Shown: one piece after another, positions 55,404 to 64,000 of the stretch
How the letters are laid out: the number at the start of each line of letters is the position of its first letter
How positions within the stretch are numbered: position 1 is the first letter of the stretch
From: an uncultured PS1 clade bacterium
GTDB lineage: Bacteria; Pseudomonadota; Alphaproteobacteria; MED-G09
Length of the DNA: 64,000 nucleotides
Direction of reading: 5' to 3'
Assembly: GCA_902537725.1 (NCBI GenBank)
Contig: CACBCD010000002.1
Coordinates: forward strand, 3,920-67,919
The notes under the pieces: model-generated
Seen by the model: the letters and a program-made list of their open reading frames with translations, nothing else
What the model was told of the DNA's origin: nothing
Database searches by the model: none
Translations under genes and position numbers: made by a program

Positions 55404-56915
55404 TCAGTCTTTTAAAGGAAGCATTATTGTGAACGTTGCTCCACCTTCTGCTCTATTTGTAGCAATAATTGTTCCATTTAGTGATTTTATTATCTGTTTG
55501 CATATAGATAATCCCAATCCTGAATTATTTCCAAAACTTTTTTCTTCTGGGCGATATGTATAAAATCTCTCAAAAATTCTTCCAAGGTTTTCTTTTGGTA
55601 TTCCAGGCCCTTGATCCTTAACTTCAATTATTGCTTCATTTTTTGTTGTCCAAGCATTAATTTCTATTGAAGATCCTGGTTTAGAGAATGATAATGCATT
55701 ATCAACTAAATTATAAAAAACTTGCGCTATACGATCACCAATTCCTAAAACTTTAATTTCATCTTTTGGTATATTTAGTCTTACATTTATTTCTAATTTC
55801 TTTGAAATATTTGTCTTGGTGACTTCTACAACAGACTCCAAGACATCTCTAATATCTATTTCTTCAAACTCTCCTTTAGCAAGTTCAACTTCTAGTCTTG
55901 AAGATGATGCAATATCTGAAATTAATCTATCGAGTCTTTTTAAATCTTTAAAGGCGATTTTTGTAAGCTGTTTTCTTTCCTCCTCTACATTAGATATTTG
56001 AAGAGTTTCGATTGCGCTTTGTAAAGATGTTAGGGGATTTTTGAGTTCATGCGCAACATCAGCAGCAAATGCTTCTACTGATTTAACTCTTTCTTGAAGC
56101 GCGCCAGTCATTCTTCTAACAGATTTTGCTAATCCTCCTATTTCATCTTTTCTATTATCCATTGAAGGTATTTCACCGACTCCTGCATCAGAAACTCCCT
56201 CTGCAGCTTTTGCAAGCCTATTTAGCGGTCTTGCTATTGTTCCAGATAAAGACACTGACAAAAAAAGACTTACTGAAAGAGCTATAAGAAAAGCTCTAAA
56301 AAACCTTTGCCTCTCTTCTTTTATTATTCTTCCAATATCACCTTCATTTGTAGAGAGTAATAAAACCTCTTTTTTAAGATTATTTCTTCTAAGAGGAATA
56401 CTTACATGAACAGTAATGCCTCCATTTTCTAGTTTATACTCACTAGCAGTTGTAGTACCTGTGAATGATTTTTTTATATCGTCGATAGAATAGCCTTCTT
56501 TGGGTAAAATAGGTGCATCTCTATCAAATATTGCACCCAAAGATCTTGCAATAGTTAATAAAGGATTTTTTTTGTCACCTTCCTTTACCTCTTCCTCCTC
56601 AAAGTCTCTAGAGTCAAAAATTTCTTGAAGACTTTCATTAAATATCTGAGTTCTTGCAATTTTTGTTGAGGTCCAATTTTCAGTTAAAAATAGATTATCT
56701 ATATTATTTAAATCTTGATTTACTGATTGTGCATTAAGGGTGAAAGAGAATGCAATAAGATTTGCTTGAAGTATAAGTGCTTCTTTTCTAGCCTCTATTA
56801 AATTATTTTGTGATTTATCCACAAATAAAAAACCTGTACCAAGAAAAATAAGACCAATTAAATTAATTGCGATAATCCTAGCGCCTAGAGATTCTATTTT
56901 TAAAATATTCAGCAT
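55404..56915 (-). CDS. chvG: Sensor histidine kinase, ChvG/ExoS-like
   Basis: Two TM helices flanking a periplasmic domain, HAMP, H-box FAADVAHELKNPLTSL, N/G boxes (DNALSF, DQGPGIP, GLGLSI). Overlaps the chvI stop. Divergent pckA nearby. Confidence 0.8.
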   Translation of the reverse strand: MLNILKIESLGARIIAINLIGLIFLGTGFLFVDKSQNNLIEARKEALILQANLIAFSFTLNAQSVNQDLNNIDNLFLTENWTSTKIARTQIFNESLQEIFDSRDFEEEEVKEGDKKNPLLTIARSLGAIFDRDAPILPKEGYSIDDIKKSFTGTTTASEYKLENGGITVHVSIPLRRNNLKKEVLLLSTNEGDIGRIIKEERQRFFRAFLIALSVSLFLSVSLSGTIARPLNRLAKAAEGVSDAGVGEIPSMDNRKDEIGGLAKSVRRMTGALQERVKSVEAFAADVAHELKNPLTSLQSAIETLQISNVEEERKQLTKIAFKDLKRLDRLISDIASSSRLEVELAKGEFEEIDIRDVLESVVEVTKTNISKKLEINVRLNIPKDEIKVLGIGDRIAQVFYNLVDNALSFSKPGSSIEINAWTTKNEAIIEVKDQGPGIPKENLGRIFERFYTYRPEEKSFGNNSGLGLSICKQIIKSLNGTIIATNRAEGGATFTIMLPLKD

Positions 56916-57604
56916 TATTCAGTATACCGATAACCAACACCATAGAGTGTTTCAATTGATTTAAAGTTTTTATCAATATCTTTAAATTTTTTTCTTAATC
57001 TTTTTATGTGGCTGTCTATTGTTCTATCATCAACATAAATATTATCATCATAAGCCGATGACATAAGCTGATCTCTGCTCTTAACATGCCCAGGCCTTGA
57101 AGCTAAGCATTCTAATAAAAGAAATTCTGTGACAGTAAGTCTTATAGGCGTTTCTTCCCAAAAACACTCATACCTATCCATGTTAAGCGACAATTTTCCT
57201 CTTTTTATGACTTCTTTATTATTACTTTCATTAGATTTGTTACCAATTGATCTTCTTAGAATAGTCTTAACCCTCTCAAGGAGTAATTTCTGTGAGAATG
57301 GCTTTGTGATGTAATCATCTGCACCCATTTTGAGACCAAGTAATTGATCTATTTCCTCATCTTTTGAGGTAAGAAAAATTACTGGAAGATTTGATGTTTG
57401 TCTTAGTTCCTGAAGAACCTCAAGCCCATCTAATCTAGGCATTTTAATGTCCAAAATTGCAATATCATAATTATCCTCTTGTAAGGACGTAAGACCTGAC
57501 AAACCATCAGAAAAAGTTTTTATATTATAGCCTTCAGATTTTAATGTGAGGCTAAGAGATGCAAGTATATTTTGATCATCATCTATTAAACAAATATTGG
57601 TCAT
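56915..57604 (-). CDS. chvI: OmpR-family response regulator, ChvI-like
   Basis: Receiver domain ([15 protein letters not shown]) and winged-helix output ([18 protein letters not shown]). Confidence 0.85.
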   Translation of the reverse strand: MTNICLIDDDQNILASLSLTLKSEGYNIKTFSDGLSGLTSLQEDNYDIAILDIKMPRLDGLEVLQELRQTSNLPVIFLTSKDEEIDQLLGLKMGADDYITKPFSQKLLLERVKTILRRSIGNKSNESNNKEVIKRGKLSLNMDRYECFWEETPIRLTVTEFLLLECLASRPGHVKSRDQLMSSAYDDNIYVDDRTIDSHIKRLRKKFKDIDKNFKSIETLYGVGYRYTE

Positions 57605-57723
57605 TTTTCCCCTTTTTTAAGTTAACTAATTAACTTATTTAAACTATATAATACCTTGAATTATTTGTTGACAATATTCTGATATAAGTGTGAATTAATT
57701 TTTTGATATTAAGGGGGCAAATT

Positions 57724-59325
57724 GTGAAAGAACAAGGCGAAAATTTTTCAAAATCTGGCATCGAAGCTCACGGATTTTCATCACTAGACAATGTTTTTTG
57801 GAATTTAAATCAAGAAGATATATACAAAATAATTCTTGATAGGGGTGAAGGAAAAATATCAAAAGATGGTGCGCTGGTTGTAAAAACTGGTATTCATACA
57901 GGTAGGTCAGCTCAAGATAAGTTTGTTGTGAGAGAGTCAAAGAATAAAGACTCAGTTTGGTGGGACAACGCCAAAGAGATGTCTGAAGAGAATTTTAATC
58001 ATTTATATCGAGATATGATTGAATTTTCAGAAAATAAAGATTTATTTGTTCAAGATCTTTTTGGTGGGGCAGACCTTGAGTACAGACTACCAACAAGAGT
58101 GTACACAGAATATGCCTGGCATTCACTTTTTATTCAAAACCTTTTGATTACGGTTAAAGAAGAGGAAAAAAGTGATTTTGATCCCGAATTCATAATTATA
58201 GATATTCCAAGTTTTAAAGCAAATCCAGAAAGGCATGGATCGAGATCTGAAACTATTATTGCTGTGAATTTTGATAAAAAAATTGTTCTTATTGCTGGTA
58301 CTTCCTATGCTGGTGAGATTAAAAAATCTGTTTTTACAATGTTAAATTTTTTACTACCTCCTAAAAATGTTATGCCTATGCATTGTTCAATCAATGTTGG
58401 TAAAGAAGATGACTCAGCTATTTTCTTTGGTTTGTCTGGAACAGGTAAGACAACGCTTTCTGCTGATCCAAATAGAACATTAATTGGTGATGATGAGCAT
58501 GGGTGGTCAGAAAATGGTGTTTTTAATTTTGAGGGTGGTTGTTATGCTAAAATGATTAGGTTATCAAAGGAGGCTGAGCCAGAAATTTATGAAACAACAA
58601 AAAAAGTAGGAACAATACTTGAAAATGTTGTTATGGATGATGAGACAGGTGAATTAGACTTAGATGATAATACATTAACAGAAAATACACGGGGTGCTTA
58701 TCCATTATCATTTATACCAAATTCTAGTGACACTGGTAGAGGTCCAACCCCTAGAAATATAATTCTTTTAACTTGTGATGCATTTGGAGTATTGCCTCCA
58801 ATTGCTAGACTATCTGCCTCTCAAACAATGTATCATTTTTTATCAGGCTATACAGCAAAGGTTGCTGGCACAGAAAAAGGTGTTGACGAGCCTGAAGCAA
58901 CTTTTTCAGCTTGTTTTGGCGCACCCTTTATGCCAAGACATCCATCTGAATATGGTAATTTACTTAAAGAACTTATTCATAAGTATAAAGTAAATTGTTG
59001 GTTAGTTAATACAGGTTGGTCTGGAGGACCAGTGGGTGAGGGAAATAGAATGCCTATTAAAGATACAAGAGCTCTATTAACCGCAGCTTTAAACGGTACT
59101 TTAGGTGAAGCAGAAATGCGTATTGATAATTTTTTTGGATTTGAAGTTCCATTATCGGTTAAAAACGTTAATGAAAATATATTAGTTCCAAGGAATACAT
59201 GGAACAATAAAGAGAGATATGATCTTCAAGCTAAAAAGCTAGTAGAAATGTTTTCAGAGAATTTCGCAATATATGAAGCTCATGTAGACTCTGATGTTTT
59301 GGACGCTGCACCAAAAATTTCTTAG
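57724..59325 (+). CDS. pckA: Phosphoenolpyruvate carboxykinase (ATP)
   Basis: Kinase-1a [19 protein letters not shown]. The listed ORF starts at 57703, but AAGGGGG sits 6-7 nt before GTG 57724, giving MKEQGENF. Confidence 0.95.
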   Translation: MKEQGENFSKSGIEAHGFSSLDNVFWNLNQEDIYKIILDRGEGKISKDGALVVKTGIHTGRSAQDKFVVRESKNKDSVWWDNAKEMSEENFNHLYRDMIEFSENKDLFVQDLFGGADLEYRLPTRVYTEYAWHSLFIQNLLITVKEEEKSDFDPEFIIIDIPSFKANPERHGSRSETIIAVNFDKKIVLIAGTSYAGEIKKSVFTMLNFLLPPKNVMPMHCSINVGKEDDSAIFFGLSGTGKTTLSADPNRTLIGDDEHGWSENGVFNFEGGCYAKMIRLSKEAEPEIYETTKKVGTILENVVMDDETGELDLDDNTLTENTRGAYPLSFIPNSSDTGRGPTPRNIILLTCDAFGVLPPIARLSASQTMYHFLSGYTAKVAGTEKGVDEPEATFSACFGAPFMPRHPSEYGNLLKELIHKYKVNCWLVNTGWSGGPVGEGNRMPIKDTRALLTAALNGTLGEAEMRIDNFFGFEVPLSVKNVNENILVPRNTWNNKERYDLQAKKLVEMFSENFAIYEAHVDSDVLDAAPKIS

Positions 59326-59331
59326 ATTAAT

Positions 59332-62127
59332 TTAATGAGCTTGATCCCAGTTTTTTCCTGAAGCAGCCTCAACTTTTAGATCAACTGATAAATCTACAAC
59401 CGGTTTATGTGCCTCAGACATTTCTTTAATTACTATCGACATGGTTTTTTCTATTTCATTATCTTTTGTTTCAAAAACAAGCTCATCATGAACTTGCATA
59501 ATCATTTTTGTTTCGAGATTTTCTTTTTTTAAATTTTTAGGAATTTTAATCATAGCCCTTTTTATTATATCTGCAGCTGTACCTTGAATTGGTGCATTAA
59601 TTGCAGCTCTCTCCATAAAGGCTTTGCCACCAGGTCCCCTATTACCTGAGTCATCTATTATACATTTTCTCCCAAAAAGAGTTTTTACAAAACCATTATT
59701 TTTTGCAAATTCTTTTGTACTTTCCATGTAATCTCTAATTGATGGAAATTTTTCAAAATAAGAACGTATATAATCAGAGGCTTCTGATCTTGAAATATCT
59801 AACTGATTTGATAAGCCGAATGGAGAAATTCCATAAATTATACCAAAATTAATTGCTTTTGCTTTTCTTCTAATATCTTGACTCATATCTTCAATTGGCA
59901 CACCAAATACTTCGGATGCTGTTAAGGAGTGAATATCAATATTATTTTTAAATGCATTTTTAAGATTATTATCATCAGATATATGTGCAATAATTCTTAA
60001 TTCAATTTGACTATAATCAGCACTAATTAAAGAATAGCCTTCATCAGCTATAAATGCACTTCTGATCATTTTACCTTCATCATTTTTTATCGGTATATTT
60101 TGTAGATTTGGATCAGAAGAAGATAATCTTCCAGTAGATGTAGAAGACATTGAGTATGATGTATGAATTCTTTTTGTATTTTTATTTATAAAATTAGGTA
60201 GTGCATCGGTGTATGTAGACTTTAATTTTGATAAGCCTCTCCATTCAAGAAGAAGTTTAGGGAGAATATTTCCAGATGATGCTAAAAAATTTAATGTTTC
60301 AGCGTCCGTTGACCAAGCTCCCGATGGTGTTCTTTTTCCTCCCTTGATTTTTAATTTATCAAATAAAATTTCACCAATTTGTTTAGGTGATCCTAAGTTA
60401 AATTCATTACCAACTATTTCAAAGCATTCTTTTTCAATTCTTTTAATATTATTTTCAAATTTTATAGATAACTCTTTTAATATTTTCTCATCAACACAAA
60501 CACCATTTTTTTCCATATCCATTATGACTTTGGCTAAGGGTCTCTCAATAGTTTCATAGACTGAAGATATCTTTTCGCTCATAAGTCTTGGTCTCAAAAT
60601 TTTCCATAATCTAAAAGTAATATCAGCGTCTTCAGCAGCATAAATTGAGGCTTCATTTATGCTAATTTCATTAAAACTTTTTTGACTTTTTCCTGAACCA
60701 GCAATTTCTTTGAAGGAAATCGCAGAGTGAGACATATATTTTTTTGCTAAGAAATCTAAACTATGCCTTGTTCCTCCGGATCCTAAGGAATAGGAGATAA
60801 GCATTGTATCATCATATGAATTAACTTTTATATTATATTTATCTAGAACCAATGCATCATATTTTTTATTATGAAAAATCTTTAAAATACTTGGATCTTC
60901 ATTTATAGATTTTAGAAAATGAATAGCATCATCAATGTGAATTTGTTTATCAGCATTATCGTGTTTGACAGGTATGTAACATGCTTCATTTATACCTGTC
61001 GCAAGAGAGAATCCAATAAGATTTGCTTGAATTGCATTTAAGGAATCTGTTTCTGTATCAATTGCAACATAACCTTTTTCAGTTATTTCTCTTTTCCATT
61101 TGTCTAATTCATTTTTATTTATAATCGTGGAATATTCTTTATAATCAAATTTATTAAAATCTTTTTCATTTTTTGTTTCAGTCTCAACTTCTTTTTCTTT
61201 ATTAAATTCAAGCTCTAGTTCTTCAGTTTCAACATCCTCCAAGTTTAAATTAAATTCTCTAGCCTTCTTTTCTGTTAGTGTTTTAAATTCGATACCTTTT
61301 AAAAAAGAAATTAATTTTTTTGGATCAAAAGACTGAATTTCAATGTCTTTGATAGGGATTGGTAATTTTACGTCTTCTTTGAGAGTAACTAACTCTCTAC
61401 TTAGGCGAGCCTGATCTGCAAATTCAATTAAACTTTCACGTCTTTTATTTTGTTTAATATTTGAGGCTTTTTCTAAAAGATTATCTAAATTATCATATTC
61501 GTTAATAAGTAATGCTGCAGTTTTAATACCAATACCTGGTACGCCCGGTATATTATCTATTGAGTCACCTGCTAATGACTGAACATCAATTACTTTTTTT
61601 GGTTCAACACCGAACTTTTCAATTACCTCGTTTTTTTGAATTAAACGATTTTTCATTGTATCAAGCATAGAGACATCTTCTTTTACAAGCTGCATTAAAT
61701 CTTTGTCTGATGAAACAATTGTAACTTTCATTTTTTCATCAATTGCTGCTTTTGCATAACTTGCAATTAAATCATCAGCTTCATAACCCAACATCTCAAC
61801 ATGATTAACATTAAAAGCATCTGTTGCTTTCCTAATTACAGGGAATTGAGGTATTAAATCTTCAGGAGGACTGGACCGATTAGCTTTATACTCTGGATAT
61901 ATATCGTTTCTAAATGTTTTTCCTGAAGCATCAAAAATAACTAATAAATGAGTTAAATTATTATTTTCTCGTTCATCCTTAATTAGTTTATCTAACATAT
62001 TACAAAAACCAGAGATTGCACCTACAGGGAAGCCATCTGATTTTCGTGTTAAGGGTGGTAGAGCATGATAAGCCCTAAATATATATGTTGAACCATCTAC
62101 TAGATATATATGTTTTTTATCGTTCAT
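59332..62127 (-). CDS. polA: DNA polymerase I
   Basis: 5' nuclease domain, 3'-5' exonuclease domain (AIDTETDSL) and polymerase motifs A (LISADYSQIELRI), B (RRKAKAINFGIIYG) and C (QVHDELV). Confidence 0.97.
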   Translation of the reverse strand: MNDKKHIYLVDGSTYIFRAYHALPPLTRKSDGFPVGAISGFCNMLDKLIKDERENNNLTHLLVIFDASGKTFRNDIYPEYKANRSSPPEDLIPQFPVIRKATDAFNVNHVEMLGYEADDLIASYAKAAIDEKMKVTIVSSDKDLMQLVKEDVSMLDTMKNRLIQKNEVIEKFGVEPKKVIDVQSLAGDSIDNIPGVPGIGIKTAALLINEYDNLDNLLEKASNIKQNKRRESLIEFADQARLSRELVTLKEDVKLPIPIKDIEIQSFDPKKLISFLKGIEFKTLTEKKAREFNLNLEDVETEELELEFNKEKEVETETKNEKDFNKFDYKEYSTIINKNELDKWKREITEKGYVAIDTETDSLNAIQANLIGFSLATGINEACYIPVKHDNADKQIHIDDAIHFLKSINEDPSILKIFHNKKYDALVLDKYNIKVNSYDDTMLISYSLGSGGTRHSLDFLAKKYMSHSAISFKEIAGSGKSQKSFNEISINEASIYAAEDADITFRLWKILRPRLMSEKISSVYETIERPLAKVIMDMEKNGVCVDEKILKELSIKFENNIKRIEKECFEIVGNEFNLGSPKQIGEILFDKLKIKGGKRTPSGAWSTDAETLNFLASSGNILPKLLLEWRGLSKLKSTYTDALPNFINKNTKRIHTSYSMSSTSTGRLSSSDPNLQNIPIKNDEGKMIRSAFIADEGYSLISADYSQIELRIIAHISDDNNLKNAFKNNIDIHSLTASEVFGVPIEDMSQDIRRKAKAINFGIIYGISPFGLSNQLDISRSEASDYIRSYFEKFPSIRDYMESTKEFAKNNGFVKTLFGRKCIIDDSGNRGPGGKAFMERAAINAPIQGTAADIIKRAMIKIPKNLKKENLETKMIMQVHDELVFETKDNEIEKTMSIVIKEMSEAHKPVVDLSVDLKVEAASGKNWDQAH

Positions 62128-62208
62128 ATCTTTTTAATTTATAGTATTATATTTTACTAATTATCAGATTTAATAACTATACCTTACGATAAAAATATAA
62201 AGAGAGAT

Positions 62209-63150
62209 ATGAAAAATAATAATCTTCCAGATAATGCAATTGAGATTACTGACTTAACCAAAATCTACAATAATAATAACGAGGAAGATCTTATTGCTCT
62301 TAATTCAGTAAACTTAGAGATTCCAAGAGGATCTATGTTTGGGCTTCTTGGGCCAAATGGAGCAGGCAAGTCAACTTTTATTAATATATTAGCTGGTTTA
62401 ACATTGAAAACTTCAGGACAGGCAATTGTTTGGGGTTTTGATTTAGATAAAAATCCTCGATCAGTAAGAGCTTCTTTAGGGGTAGTTCCTCAAGAAATTT
62501 ATGTGGACCCTTTCTTTTCTCCAAAAGAAACCCTGCATCAACAAGCAGGTATGTATGGCGTACTTCCAAAAGATAGAAATGTAGATTTTTTACTTAAAAC
62601 ACTAGATCTTGAGGATAAATCTAATGCATACACTAGAACTTTGTCTGGAGGAATGAAAAGGAGGCTTTTAGTTGCAAAGTCAATGGTTCATAGGCCTCCG
62701 ATCTTAATTTTAGATGAACCTACTGCGGGTGTTGATATTGAACTTCGTAAACAATTATGGGCTTATATAAGAAAACTTAATGAGCATGGAACAACTATTA
62801 TTTTAACAACTCATTATCTTGAAGAGGCTGAAGAGCTTTGTGATACCATTGCAATTGTTAATCATGGTGAAATAATAAGATGCGCGCCAACAAAAGAAAT
62901 CCTTAGTGATGCAGACTCTAAAAATATTACTCTTATTTTATCAAAAGATTACAATGATAAATCCATAATTGAAAAAATAGGTGGAATTGTTGATAAAGAT
63001 GGAAATATTTCAATTAGTTATAATCCTAAACAAGAAACTTCACGAGACATACTTAAGAAAGCTGAGGAAGCTGGTTTAAAGGTGAATGATTTTTCTGTTA
63101 CAGGTGCTTCTCTGGAAACAGTTTTTCTTTCAATGACCTCTAATAAATAA
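62209..63150 (+). CDS. ABC transporter ATP-binding protein (ABC-2/drug-exporter-like subfamily)
   Basis: Walker A GPNGAGKST, signature LSGGMKRRL, Walker B ILILDEPT, H-loop TTHYLEE. About 90-aa C-terminal extension. Confidence 0.9.
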   Translation: MKNNNLPDNAIEITDLTKIYNNNNEEDLIALNSVNLEIPRGSMFGLLGPNGAGKSTFINILAGLTLKTSGQAIVWGFDLDKNPRSVRASLGVVPQEIYVDPFFSPKETLHQQAGMYGVLPKDRNVDFLLKTLDLEDKSNAYTRTLSGGMKRRLLVAKSMVHRPPILILDEPTAGVDIELRKQLWAYIRKLNEHGTTIILTTHYLEEAEELCDTIAIVNHGEIIRCAPTKEILSDADSKNITLILSKDYNDKSIIEKIGGIVDKDGNISISYNPKQETSRDILKKAEEAGLKVNDFSVTGASLETVFLSMTSNK

Positions 63151-63152
63151 AA

Positions 63153-63178
63153 AAGCGCGATTTAAATAAACCGCGCTT
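63153..63178. terminator. Bidirectional terminator-like hairpin between convergent ABC ATPase and TonB-dependent receptor genes
   Basis: AAGCGCG (63153-63159) / CGCGCTT (63172-63178), 12-nt loop, with A-rich and T-rich flanks. It is the most GC-rich stem in any intergenic gap of this window. Confidence 0.5.
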
Positions 63179-63202
63179 AATTAATTTTAAGACTTCTAAA
63201 TT

Positions 63203-64000
63203 TTAGAATCTGGCTCCAAATGTGATACCATACATTCTAGGTTCCATATAAAAGTCATTTCTAAATTGACCAGAAGACGGATCAGTAAAATATGCTCCAG
63301 TTTGGTTATCATCATCAGCAAGATTTTGTCCCCAAATTTTGAAATACATACCAGAATTTGTTGGTTGTATTATTACTTGAGCATTAATTACATCCCATGA
63401 GTCGATTGAGTCTCTTCCAGTATTATAAAGGCGAGTCCACATTGAGTCTTGCCAATAATAATCTAAACGAGAAATGACTTGTAAGTTTGACTCTGTGAAA
63501 TTTGCAGTATACTCAATGCCGATATGAGCAGTTGCGCTAGGGGCATTGGTTAATTCATTACCGCTAAGATCATACTCTACCTCATAGAATCCACCTAATC
63601 CCGCAGCAGTTAATTTTGTTACCAATGATGTACAATTACCTAGTGTAGGTAAAGCACCCATACCAAATATTTGTACTAGTGGATCAACTGTACCAGTAGG
63701 ATCTGCGGAGTCAAAATTATTAACTGATAGTGTTTTAGGTAGTAGATAGACATCTAATGCTCCCGCTGCAGGGTTAGCATTAAGAACGCCTGTAGCTAAA
63801 CCAGCTTGAAGTTGAGCTTTGGTAAATCCACAAGTCGAACCATTGGCAATGTCTTTCAATACCCAGCCTTGTGTATCACCAAGACCCCTTGCAGTAAGAT
63901 CATGAGGATTAAGTGATTTTGTACCTCCAGCAACCTCAGTTTCTAAAAGGGAAAACTGTGCATCAATTTTTAAGCCAGGTACTGATGAAGGTGACCAGGC
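63203..64000 (-). CDS. TonB-dependent outer-membrane receptor, C-terminal beta-barrel part (5' end outside the window)
   Basis: The minus-strand frame is open from 64000 through the listed ORF, whose M at 63859 is an internal TTG. Typical terminal strands ...GQNLADDDN...EPRMYGITFGARF ending in Phe. Confidence 0.8.
   Translation of the reverse strand, partial: AWSPSSVPGLKIDAQFSLLETEVAGGTKSLNPHDLTARGLGDTQGWVLKDIANGSTCGFTKAQLQAGLATGVLNANPAAGALDVYLLPKTLSVNNFDSADPTGTVDPLVQIFGMGALPTLGNCTSLVTKLTAAGLGGFYEVEYDLSGNELTNAPSATAHIGIEYTANFTESNLQVISRLDYYWQDSMWTRLYNTGRDSIDSWDVINAQVIIQPTNSGMYFKIWGQNLADDDNQTGAYFTDPSSGQFRNDFYMEPRMYGITFGARF

Noticed and set aside
57619-57636. Inverted repeat AAGTTAA-CTAA-TTAACTT in the chvI/pckA divergent region.
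   Set aside because: This 7-bp-arm palindrome has a single G-C pair per arm. Such sequences are expected by chance in this composition, and I know of no matching regulator motif.
63194-63208. TTCTAAA-T-TTTAGAA: ICE half-sites in everted orientation next to the TonB-dependent receptor gene.
   Set aside because: The half-sites have the wrong relative orientation and spacing for an ICE. The element overlaps the stop codon at the 3' end of the gene and not its promoter, so it is likely coincidence.

Overview
This is an AT-rich (roughly one third G+C by eye), very tightly packed chromosomal core segment. The taxon is inferred from synteny and points to a streamlined alphaproteobacterium. Diagnostic blocks are lnt-metK-trmB-rimP-nusA-infB-rbfA-truB-rpsO-pnp, irr divergent from fabA-fabB-fabI, and coaBC-dut / ubiE-ubiB / mutM. 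Further blocks are rpsT-dnaA-dnaN-recF-gyrB, TIGR02300-aroA-cmk-rpsA-ihfB-pyrF-trpFBA-accD-folC-trxA, and ahcY-EIIA-chvG-chvI divergent from pckA. I call 64 protein genes (2 truncated by the window edges), one tRNA-Ala(GGC) and a few regulatory sites. I see no rRNA, CRISPR, transposase, integrase, phage or recognisable defence genes. The largest non-coding gap is about 250 bp, so there is no room for a hidden multi-gene island, and most of the window is ordinary housekeeping DNA. Six items seem worth a second look. (1) Three phased Irr-box (ICE) palindromes precede a functionally uncharacterised rubrerythrin / CCG-type Fe-S protein / DUF3501 operon. (2) A coxMNOP-type oxidase cluster is bracketed by a secreted ankyrin-repeat protein and a secreted Sel1-repeat protein, with a FixK/FNR-like box centred in the divergent promoter region. 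(3) An exonuclease I-like gene sits where alphaproteobacteria usually carry addAB. (4) The PTS-Ntr locus is eroded to a lone EIIA(Man). (5) Three convergent gene pairs share overlapping stop codons. (6) A tRNA lies 4 nt after a stop codon. All functional calls come from motif recognition by eye and remembered synteny. No database search was run.
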